From Zygnema circumcarinatum SAG 698-1b (lineage: Eukaryota > Plantae > Zygnematophyceae), in assembly GCA_037447605.1 (NCBI GenBank), contig CM074805.1:744001-808000 (forward strand): 64,000 bases of DNA, read 5' to 3'. This document shows positions 1 through 10,478 of this stretch, piece after piece. Positions within the stretch are counted from its first letter, which is position 1. Every line of letters begins with the position of its first letter. Made by a program: the position numbers and the translations under genes. The notes beneath the pieces are model-generated. The model was not told the DNA's origin, did no database searches, and saw only the letters and a program-made list of their open reading frames with translations.

Positions 1-774
1 GCCGTTTGCTAAGGACCGGTTGGCAGGCCATCCAGCGCCTGAATGGCTAAATGCTTCACACATGTCCACCGACCTATGGATATTGGAACAGTTATCAACA
101 AAGTCTTGATTAAACCGTGAGGGCACATCATACATGTAGACATACTTCCCTGCACACTCTGCCGAGGGAAGGGGCAGGGTGATAGGCTCAATAACGGCGG
201 CACCCACGTTGTAATCCTCTTCATTCTCAGCTTCAAGTGGTTCAGTCTGTGGAACAGGCAATTCCGCACTCGCATTCAGCGATGCCTCCCATTGTTGCAT
301 AACCAAATCTGCTTCAAATCCCTGTCTTTCTCCTTCTGTTCCTCCTTTTTCGCCTCCCCTTTTTCCTCCTGCCCCCCCTACTCCTTCAGTGTAAGCTTTT
401 CCACCTTGTTTTCTCATTCTTTTGCCTTCTTCACCCATCATCTCCGCGATTACTGCGCCCTGCAATACCTGCACTGTTCTTCGCTCCTTTCGTTCAACAA
501 TCGCCCCCGAAGCCATAAGTTCCTCCAGCAAATTAGACCTTCCATCCGTAAGTCTCGGAGTATCAGTTTTCAGTTGAATGCTGAAGCCACTGGTTATCTC
601 ATTGCTTGCTCCATAACGGAACTGGAAGTAACTCGGCGCTGACAACCACGACTGTACGCCGAAAAGTAAAGCCACAACACAGAGGAGGAAGACGGGCAAT
701 ACCCGACATCGCCGACCAGTTGCTCTCCGTTTTCCAAGCGCCAGATCCAGCATAAACTTTCGCACCCGCATCAT
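1..774 (-). CDS. GT47 exostosin-family glycosyltransferase, MUR3/KATAMARI1-like clade; 3' end runs out of the window
   Basis: Open frame from ATG 774 to base 1, absent from the ORF track because it has no stop. Contains a type II TM segment (VLPVFLLCVVALLFGV), a long stem, then ECAGKYVYMYDVPSRFNQDFVDNC...DMCEAFSHSG, the typical N-terminal motif of the GT47 catalytic domain. Confidence 0.8.
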   Translation of the reverse strand, partial: MMRVRKFMLDLALGKRRATGRRCRVLPVFLLCVVALLFGVQSWLSAPSYFQFRYGASNEITSGFSIQLKTDTPRLTDGRSNLLEELMASGAIVERKERRTVQVLQGAVIAEMMGEEGKRMRKQGGKAYTEGVGGAGGKRGGEKGGTEGERQGFEADLVMQQWEASLNASAELPVPQTEPLEAENEEDYNVGAAVIEPITLPLPSAECAGKYVYMYDVPSRFNQDFVDNCSNIHRSVDMCEAFSHSGAGWPANRSLANG

Positions 775-1837
775 TGCTTCCAAAACTAAGCCATCTCATT
801 TCCCTGCATATCCCTCGCAGCAAAAACTCTCTGCTTGATCGTTCCGAACCCTTCCTCTCATCAATACTTGCAGAATCCAGCTCCTTGTCTGCAAACTGTC
901 ACTCGCATTGGCAACCACCACTGCCCAGCGCGCCGGAGAGAGGAGATACAGTAGCTGCTCTGCCCTCCTTGCAACTCACCACAAAAGGGAGGAGCTTCAT
1001 TTTGACGTGTCAGTAGAAGCCTGGCCTTGAAAAAATTCCAAGGCCCAGGAAAAACCCATTGCCACTTCTATGTCCATGCTGTTTGAGTTCTGGTTTTTTT
1101 AGTCGGTGAGAACTGTTCACAAAACGGGCAGGTCGGAACTGCTCGGAAACACTCCTAACTGCATGTAAATGCTGCCCGATGGAAAAAAAAGGACGTTAGA
1201 ATCTTCAACCTTCAGTAAATTTTTCAAATATCGGAATATGACGGAAAAAATCGGGATTTGCAACGATATTAACGATACGTACGGATAATTCAAAATCCAA
1301 TTCGTGCAACGGCTAGAAAGGACACCCGAGCCACAACTTTGACTTCCCGCCGGCCCCGCCGCATGCCGGCATGCGCGTGTCAGGAACAAGGGTTGTTCAA
1401 CATTGCAACCAGCAACATGCGAACTCGAGACTCGCATGTCGTAAACATGGGATTCCTCCTCGCTTGTTTGTGGTATTCAATTCTTTTCAGTTTCACAAGG
1501 TTGCCACTTGTTGAAAACAAACGTGCAGTCAATTGCAGAGATCTACACGTTCTACACGTTCATGACATGAGGTACGCCATACATCACGCTAAAGCAAAAT
1601 TTCCTCACAGATTCAAACTTATTTTATTTCTGCTAGCCTTCTGTTTCTAGTTACAGCACAGTCATGCGAATGGGTGGTCGAGGAGCAGAGTACGCTGCTT
1701 GCTTTGTTTAAGAGCAGGAATCGAGAGAATGCCATTGGTTTTCAGCAAAGCACAGTTTCAGACGAAGCTCTGTGGAAGGAATGCTACACTGTCCTAAACT
1801 TTAGCTGCGCAGCTTTCTAATAACTCGCATACGCGTC

Positions 1838-3959
1838 TCAAGTGACCGGCCGTTGTTCCCCTCTGCATTGGAGACATTGCTCTCGGAGCCAATTTGCAGC
1901 TTCAAACTCTTTCGTAAAGAGCTGAGCGGGCTCAGACAACCCAACAGGGACATTCTCTTGGGCCTATGCATTGTTGAGGCATGGGTTCCCTTGGGTTGAC
2001 GTCCCCTGCATGACCACCTGCATGACCACCTGCTTGCCTCTCATCATAAATGTCTTTGACAAAAGAGTAAGCAATAATCTTTTTGAGTTCAATTTGGTAT
2101 GGTCTCTTGCATTAAGAAGGAAATAAAATGTAATTACTGCATATGACTGTGAAAGGGAATTTGTACCTGATCAGCTTGTTCAAGCCGCAGTACTACTTCC
2201 GACGGCAGGACGGCTTTGCCAGTTTGCTTCATCCGTTCTGCAACATGGGCGACCTGCTTGCGGGCCTCTTCCATCCCTCCCTCGTTCACAGCCTGATCAA
2301 TGAGCAATTCCCAAATCTTGAGCACCACCTTTTGGTTCTTGCCGTCGTCATCATCCTTGATGATCCTATTCCAGATCGCATAGTGTAGAATTTCCAAACA
2401 AATCTGCATATCACAGAACCATATGGCCTCCCATGGACGGAAGCAGGAAGTTCGCTTAGAAGTACGCTCAGTGTCAGCCTAACAATGACCTATTTCAGAG
2501 ACATGCTACAGAACAACTCATTCAGAGAGATTCTTGCAAAACCACAGAATAGCCGATGTGAACTCACCGCCCATAGGCCAAACGGCATCACATAGTTATC
2601 ATATAGCGCCTGAAGAGTCTGCATGTTATTCTTCAACTCCTCAATCTTCTGGCGAATTGGTTCACCGCCCGGTCTGAAGTAAGTCCATGCAACAAGTAGC
2701 ACACCAGCAAAATGGTCTCAGATACCCATTCTAACAACCACTTCTGCTGACAGTTTGTTCATTTAGATTCTAAATCCTCTGCTCGCTATCTTAGACCACC
2801 GTGTTTTTTTCCTACTCAAAAGGAAATGGCTGTTTTCTTGTCGTATGCATAACTGAGGCAGACGAACATTAGAAAACACTGTCAATTTGACTTTTCAACG
2901 TAGGCTAGACTTGCCTCCAGAATGAAGCATACATACTAGAGGCGTGGTTCAAACAACAACATGGGGGCAATTTCACTTACTTGGCACTCAATCGTTCTAA
3001 CTCCTCGCATATGGAATTTTGGAAGCGGAGAAATCGAAGCTTTTTACGAAGAAGCCGCAGAAAGTCTGGAACGCTGTCCACTCGCTTCAGGCGGAACGAC
3101 CTGTCCTGCACGTCCCGTTGATCTGAAAACATCGCTTGAAGAACAGCATCGGCCAAATAGTTCTGCCTGCACGCATTTTCAACACAGTCACGCTTCACTC
3201 AACCCAACCACATGCTACATAGTGCAACCCAACATTCACGTAACGCAATAGCGCATCATCAGCTTTACCTCTGTTCGAGGGAAATGCCGCCTGGCTGGGT
3301 ATGTCCACCTTCTGGCTGACTCAGCTCGGCAAGCTGCAAATAGACATGAGCTGCCGAGAAACCCTTGTGACGGTCGACATAACACTTGGCAGTAAGCTCC
3401 AAATGCTTTCTTTGCTCTGCAAGAATGGTGGCCTGCCGGCCAGGGAGCTGGATGGAAGATACACGAAGTTCTGACTGAGCAAGTCCTGCAGAACTTGTAG
3501 ACCCTGCAAATCCGAATCCAGGGGTGGCAGCAGACCCGAACATGGATCCCCCAAAAGCTGGTGTGCTTGCAGAGCCAGCAGGCGGGGAAGCCCCAAATGT
3601 GGGCTGCTGCTGCTGCGGAGCGCTATCTCCGAATCCAAACAGGGACGGCGTTACAGTGTTTGCATTTGGCTGACCGAACATCGATGAAGTGCCGAAGGGA
3701 GAGGCCGAAGAAGCCCCTTTTGCTGTTTGGAGAAAATAAATTAATGTCAAAATATGAAGGTTGATTAGGTCAAGGGCAAGAAAACTGTTCGAAATTTACA
3801 TTGAGTTGAGTCTTATTGAACACATTCACAAGGTCTGTGCACTGCTTCAAAACCCTAGAAATGCAATAAAGCAACAGCAGCAGCAGCAGGGAAAATGGAG
3901 AGAACGGAGACAAGGAAAGGCGCAAGGAGGAGGAAGTTACGAGAGCTCGCTCCAGACAT
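1838..3959 (-). CDS. Truncated Nup155-like protein (about 375 aa): FG-rich N-terminus plus Nup155 C-terminal domain
   Basis: Six GT-AG exons in phase: 3941-3959, 3269-3722, 2981-3166, 2568-2673, 2167-2403, 1838-1963. KHLELTAKCY..SAAHVYLQLAE, QNYLADAVLQA, LLRKKLRFLRFQ, LYDNYVMPFGLWAICLEILHYA and WELLIDQAVNEGG match the Nup155/Nup170 C-terminus. First and last exons are less certain. Confidence 0.75.
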
Positions 3960-4464
3960 GGCTGCGAGAAGCTTCCCAGCAGCACGCAGGGGCTACGCAG
4001 CGATACGGGGAGACGATAACCTAAATCCCTCTAGCTTTCTGACTGCCAATTCCCTCCTACCTTCCAGCTTCTCTCTCTTTCTCTCTCTCTCTCTCTCCAC
4101 ACACACAAGCAGAAGGAAGGAAGAAAGAAGGGATGGAAGGGAAGTTGGAAGGGAGGCGCCTTTAACGGGGGGCCGAAGAAAGCCGTTGGAAGGGAGGCCC
4201 GCCTTCCCCGCAAAAGGCGCCCCCAACGGGCGAGCCAGTGTACGAACTCACCGTTGAGGTACTGACTGATCGATGTCGTTCGCGAGAGACATCGATGTCT
4301 CTCGTGAGAGCGAGCGACATCGATCCCATGCCGTAACAAGTCCCCAACCGCATCACTACCCGCTGGTTCCATGCAATCCCGTGGAACGCAGCACGCAACC
4401 ACGCATTACAGTGCACACACAACGGCGGCCGCTGCGTTCCTGGAACATGACTGCACTTTTCAAG

Positions 4465-4769
4465 AACGAACGAAAGAAAGAAAGAAAGAAAGAAAAAAGT
4501 AGATGGACATGCCAACATGCGCAATGCACACTCATCCGCCCCACAACGCCGACAGATCGTGGCAAAGCGCAGCATGGTATAGCCCAGCCATGGACTTTCC
4601 AGCCGAAAAATGATGCCATCTGACCCATCCTGCATGCACGCATGCACCAAGAAGCGCAAGATCAAGGATGTACGGCAACGACAGAAGTGGCGTGATTTGA
4701 GTGGAGGGATTCGAACCCTCAACATTCGGTTAACAAAACCGTTGCTCTACCAGATGAGCTTCACTCATC
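4465..4769 (-). mobile_element. Candidate tRNA-derived SINE
   Basis: tRNA-like head (4696-4768), about 200 bp body, TTTTT followed by a (TTTC)n/(TTCG)n tail; flanked by the direct repeat TTCAAG at 4459-4464 and 4770-4775. Confidence 0.45.
4696..4768 (-). pseudogene. Degenerate tRNA-like sequence (Thr-UGU-like)
   Basis: Minus strand reads ATGAGTGAAGCTCATCTGGTAGAGCAACGGTTTTGTTAACCGAATGTTGAGGGTTCGAATCCCTCCACTCAAA. D arm GCTC/GAGC, T arm GAGGG-TTCGAAT-CCCTC and a 6/7 acceptor stem are present. A at position 8, a pyrimidine at 37 and mismatched stem ends argue against function. Confidence 0.7.
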
Positions 4770-4949
4770 TTCAAGTTTCATAAGAAACACTTATCGAGGA
4801 GATCTTCGTCACTGACGTGACACGCTGACCGGCCCCACGCAAGCATCGTCTCCACAACGAAGTACGAAAAAGTGCCAATGCAAAGAAGGAAAGTGAACAC
4901 GAGCACGACAAAGACGACCACACGCGAAGAACGAAAGCAAAGCTCGAAG

Positions 4950-5745
4950 GGAGAGGGGACTCAGGGGATGGGAGAGGAGGAGGGAGAGGGAAAGGGAGAG
5001 GGAGTGGGAGAGGGAGAGGGGACTCAGGGGATGGGAGGGGAGGGGCGCGGGCAGGGCACGGCGCGGCATGGCACGGCATGAGGTTGTGGATGGGGCGGCT
5101 CTGTGGGGGGATGTGTGTGTACCGAGGATGCGGGAGTCGGTGGAGGGGAGGAGGACGTGAGGGGAGGGGAGGGGAGGGGAGGGGAGACGAGAGGAGAGGG
5201 GACTCAGGGGAGGGGAGGGGACGGGAGGGGAGGGTAGGGGAGGGGAGAGGAGAGGGGACTCAGGGGAGGGGAGGGGACGGGAGGGGAGGGTAGGGGAGGG
5301 GAGAGGAGAGGGGACTCAGGGGAGGGAGGGGACGGGAGGGGAGGGGAGGGGAGGGGAGAGGAGAGGGGACTCAGGGGAGGGGAGGGGACGGGAGGGGAGG
5401 GTAGGGGAGGGGAGAGGAGAGGGGACTCAGGGGAGGGGAGGGAGAGGGGACTCAGCGGAGGGGAGGGGACGGGAGGGGAGGACGGGAGGGGAGGGGAGGG
5501 GAGGGGAGAGGGGACTGAGGGGAGGGGAGGGAATTACAGGGCGCGGCACGGCACGGCATGGGGGTATGGAGGGATGGGGCTATGGGGGATGGCTCTCTGT
5601 GGATTCGTGCATTTGTGCCGAGGATGGAGGAGCGCTCTCCTCTCCCTCTCCCATCCCCTGAGACCCCTCACCCTCTCCCTTTCCCTCTCCCTCTCCCTCT
5701 CCCATCCCCTGAGACCCCTCTAAGCCCTCTCCCTTTCCCTCTCCC
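4950..5745. repeat. G-rich polypurine minisatellite with a downstream inverted pyrimidine copy
   Basis: Roughly 50 bp units (GGGGAGAGGAGAGGGGACTCAGGGGAGGGGAGGGGACGGGAGG...) over 4950-5535; complementary CCTCTCCCATCCCCTGAG units at 5635-5745. Confidence 0.85.
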
Positions 5746-6298
5746 AGCGATAAGGATTGCGGTTGGCTCCTCTGGCGTGGACGGACGGCGCGCTGCCACG
5801 TCGAGCCCTCTCAACAACTCGCCGCCTGCCGTGCGCACGCGTGAGTCCGCCTGGCACGGTACAGTACAGTACCGTCCTTTCTGGCGGTGGGGTTCAAATT
5901 TTGGCTTGTTTCTGACTTTTAGGGTTTAGGGTTTTTTGCCTGGTTTGTTTTTGTTTTGACCTTTGGCGCGGCCACCTGCTGGCACTCCATCTCCTCCAAT
6001 CCAGGGGATTGGGACCCGGGGCTTTAGGTGTGTGTACAGTTGTACAGTACAGCATTCTCGCGTGCTGAAACTTGAAAGGTTCTGACGTCCTGTGGGCGAT
6101 GTGAGTTATCTGCTGGCTGGAAACTGTGGGCTGCTCCTTGCAGTGATGCGTTGCTCCTAGAGGAAGGAGGTGGTTTGATGCACTCTCCGGCTGAGGGAGA
6201 GGCAACTGCCAGCACTATCGATGGGTGTTGTGAGATGGGAGCGGTGAGGGTGCCATGGAGAGTCTGCAGGAAGTATGGAGGGGCCGGGATTTTTGTTA

Positions 6299-7145
6299 AT
6301 GGCATCAGCAGCTGGTTATCCAGGGGGCAGCCCAAATGGAGGAGATTGGGCCAGGTGATTGACGGAAACATTCCTTCCTTAATTGAGGCGATGTGAAGGA
6401 AAGCTTGTTGCGATTGGTTTGGATGGTTTTCTGTTCCTGGTTCGTCGCCTTGCACATCGCATGGAATGCTGCTTGCATCAAGCATTCGAAACGTGGAATT
6501 TTTCGTTTTCTAGCAGATGTTTCTTCAACGGAGTTCATTTTCTGTCCAAAAGTAACCTAGCCATTTTGTGTTGAGAGGCCATGCAAATGAAGGAAAAGTC
6601 TCGGTATATTGGACTGGCTCGCTCTATGTTGCTTGCCGGTTGCAAAGCATGGCACGACTGTAGCCTCATTCAAAACGGTCCTTCAATTGAAGTTCGAACT
6701 GCAGATGATGTTGAAAGAATAAAGGCTTCGTTTTGTACGTATTGATGCATTATATTATTAGACTTGGTAGATGAGATCCTTCGTTCCCTGAGGCTATATG
6801 GGGCTTCTGTGTTGTATGTTCTCAGGAATTCTGCCCACGGAAATTCTCCTCGCAGCTATGATCCCGCCTTGGGAGGGGCCCAAAGCCGCTCTGTAGCGCA
6901 TTCCGCGGGAGGCAATGCTGCCTATCACAGCCACTCAACTCACAACAATGGCCACCCCTTGGTGACTCCTTACCTTACCAGCCTCAGCAGCATGCCTCTC
7001 TCCTTCACCCTTCTCAGCAGCAGCAGCAGCAGCAGCAGCAGCATTTTTTCCTTGAGCAGCAAGGCCACCTTGAGCAAGAGCAGCACCGGCAGATGATGGT
7101 TCTGCAGCAGCAATGCAAGGGCCTGCAGAAGCAGACGTGTTGCGG

Positions 7146-7183
<38 letters not shown>

Positions 7184-8726
7184 GCCTCCCTCCCTCCCTC
7201 CCTCCCTCCCTCCCTCCCTCAGCTGGCCAGCTTCCAGCGCTCGCTGGAAGGGAGACAGACAATGACAATGCCGCTGCTGCCCTTCAGCTCGGCCTCCAAC
7301 GCCAACAGGCCGTTAACAACACAACGCCCACAGCGGGCAGGCAGGCGGCTTCCCCCAAGGTGGTGCCTCTAACGCTCTCGCTCGCAGCCCGGGGGCGGGG
7401 GGCTCGGGAGAGTCTGCAGCCGTTGTGGACGTAGCCATGGGCTGGGCGGGAGCTTCCCTTCAAGTCTGGGGGCCAGTGGGGCTCCTCCCGACCAGGCCAT
7501 GGCTAATGACTAATGGCTAATGGCTAATGGCTAATGGCTATGGCGGAGCAGCCATGGCAGAACGCACGCAGTGGCTGAAGGAGCCGCAGTGGGATGTTCG
7601 GCAGAGGGAGGGTACGGACAGAGCGGAGGTGAGCCAACCTTCAACCCCATTCAAAGCGTTGTGGGTGGGTCAAGAGCGTTTTGCACTCTTCTATCGCACT
7701 TGTAAGGTTTTGATGGAAGAGCTGTTCTCTTATACTTACTGCTTGCTTTGCTGTTGTATGGATGCCATGGTTTCTCGCAGAGGAGAATCTGACTGATTTA
7801 CTCACCCGGATTCGAGATGAAGGATTGCAAGGTGCTTTGGGGGTATCGAGTAGTGTGACCCTGAATAACATAAGGCTGTGCTCCCAGCCTTTTGGAGAGT
7901 CTTATGTAGGATGCAGAAGATGTCTTAGTGGTAACTGGAGTAACGTTGTATTGGAAATTCCTCTTATGTTGTCAGTAGTGTTGACACAGTGTGAAGCCTA
8001 CAATCGGGATTATCCCGTCAGATTGCACCCTGGGGGTCTCTCTGTAGCATGATGCAAGATTGCACAGGCTTATGGATCAGCAGTCAGTGCTGTCGTACTG
8101 AAGCTTCTCAAACTCTTTTGCATGTCAATGAACTTTGGTGTGCGTAGTTTTTGTTACCTTGGGTTGACGTCCCCTGCATGACCACTTGCTTGCCTCGCAT
8201 CATAAATGGCTTTGACAAAAGAGTAAGCAATAATCTTTTTGAGTTCAATTTGGTATGGTCTCTTGCATTATTGGTCTGATCTGTTTGGATGAAAGCGATG
8301 AAGAATGATGTAAGAAGGTGTGGCATGTAAGGGCGTCATGAGCTCACGTGGAATATGTATGTGGGCACTGTGTGTGTTGCTTCAGCTGCACTACCGTCAC
8401 GCTCTCTCCCTGAAACAGCCCTGCAGCCCTCTTTTGACTCTAAAACAGGAATTTTCACAACATTTTCCTCCTGTTTTGGAGTCGGCTCCCCGTCAGACAT
8501 GCTATGTAAATTAGTTCTTATGCTTGATAAGCAAAATCCAGATTCGTCAGGAGAAAAAAGTGAGCTGGTTGGCGGAATCTCCTCCTCCAATAGGCAGTCG
8601 CCCTCTTGGGAGATGTTGGTGGAAGATGAGCGAGGAAGAGGGAGGGATGGGGTAAGTCGAGCAGCTGGGCATGGAGGAAACAGTGAGAGGAAGGAAGCTG
8701 ATCACGTTCGCGAAAAATCCGGTTAG
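6299..8726 (+). pseudogene. Possible Gln-rich hypothetical gene with a frameshift; extent uncertain
   Basis: MASAAGYPGGSPNGGDWA splices in phase to NSAHGNSPRSYD...; one extra C in the run at 6955-6958 would join it to the polyQ frame (QPQQHASLLHPSQQQQ...). Later exon-like pieces (EENLTDLLTRIRDEGLQ). No family recognised. Confidence 0.3.
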
Positions 8727-9082
8727 TGCCTCCCTTTCCATGGGCAGAATCGCCTACAACCTGCAATATTGCTGCAAATTTCAAAGCATACCGTTCAGCG
8801 ACAGCCTCTTATTAGGTATCTCTCACCTGCTGCATGCATTTGAAATGGTGCGAATATGCCGCCTCTCAACTTCATTCACGTCGCCAGAGATCGCCAGAGC
8901 TGTACGGAAGAAAATGGGCCCCGGGTTACTGTAACTGGATCCCTCCAATCGCACAGAACCAAGGTGGCAAAAATTGGAGTCCACACGTGCGACTTAACAC
9001 ATTGAGTTTTGTACAATTCGAGGGACCAAGTTACCGTACTCCCCCCCTAATATTATTTTCGCCATGGTTTCGGCAAATATTA

Positions 9083-9358
9083 GGGGGAGTCAGACCTTGA
9101 CCAGCGCCAAACCAATCCGCGAGCCCGTCGGGCCAATTCCGCGTTGTAAGGCAGGCCTTTTTCGCCAAAAGTGGACGTTCGACAGGCTCGGGCGCCGAGC
9201 CTGTAACTCATTTTTGTAACCTATTTCGAAGTACGGACGGGACAGACAGGTTCGGGGGGAGCCGCGGTTTCCGACCCGAATTCTGCAATCGAAATCAATA
9301 CCTTTCCGCCGGCGGAATCTTTCAATTCCGCGGGCGATGGTCAAGGTCTGACTCCACC
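9083..9358. mobile_element. MITE family A (TIR GGGGGAGTCAGACCTTGACCA, TA target duplication)
   Basis: About 21 bp TIRs with TA on both sides; inserted into a decayed family B MITE whose halves lie at about 9040-9082 and 9359-9430. Confidence 0.8.
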
Positions 9359-10478
9359 TATTGGGTGAAAATCTTGGAATTTGCAAATATAAGGAAGTCC
9401 GTGTTACAAATAGGCGGGCGGTATTATGTTAGAGTCCGGCATGTGGCCGTACAGTAGACCCCCCCAATATTTTCGCCCCTCTTATTTTCGCTACCCAATA
9501 TTTTCGCCCTGATCTTGCCAAAACCACCTTTTTGTACGGTAAGGCTGTGTTAACCGTACTAGCCGTACTGACCGTACTGGACGTACTGTACTAGCCTTAC
9601 GAACCNNNNNNNNNNNNNNNNNNNNNNNNNNNNNNNNNNNNNNNNNNNNNNNNNNNNNNNNNNNNNNNNNNNNNNNNNNNNNNNNNNNNNNNNNNNNNNN
9701 NNNNNACTGACGGATCCGCCCGCTCGGGCTTGTACTTGACATATTCATATTCAAAGGTCACTCTTTAATCGCATAATCCGGTGAGCCGCTGAATGAAAAA
9801 TGCAGGAAGGCTGGCGCCATGTGTTGGCGGCTCACTCTAACAAAGACACCATCCGCCTAGGCGGACTCTACCGCAAAGCCAGCCAAGGCTTGACCTATTC
9901 GGCTCCACGCTAGCCACCAAAGTTACCTGGGCAAGGGCTAATAATCAGTGGATCACATCACAAGGCTCAAGATCTATTGTCGCTAAGCAAGTAGATGGGA
10001 TGTCAGTGATGCTTGTTTGTCTTTTTAGTGCCGGGCTTAGTATTTGTATTTGGTTGTGTAGTTTGTTATTGTCTTGTTCTTCTTCCTCTTCCAAAGAACA
10101 GATGCTAAGTGAGAGAGAGAGTTCCATGCCATAGATAGAGAGAGAGAGAGAGAAAGAGTCTTCACATAGCATTTATATCCCCATTCAAACTCAGACAAAG
10201 ATTTCAAAGGAGAAGATCCTTTCATTGTATCGACTATCCCCACCAACTCACCGGGTCGGGGTGACTTTCCAAAAATACAACCTTTATCTAAGTTGAGTCC
10301 TGCTTTCCCTTTGCCGCCACTATGCCAAGCTACCATCTTGTTTTACCCTGCCTTACATTCCTCCCAATGACCAATGATAACTAGAAGCCTAGTTAAGAGA
10401 CTAGCCGAGGAGAGGACAGGGGAGGAGAGCCCCCAAGGAAGGGCTCTTTGCGCATCGAGTCCAGCCGCCGGTGGGAAC

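Noticed and set aside
4696-4768. Functional tRNA gene
   Set aside because: Invariant positions are altered (no U8, pyrimidine at 37, stem mismatches); kept only as a pseudo-tRNA or SINE head.
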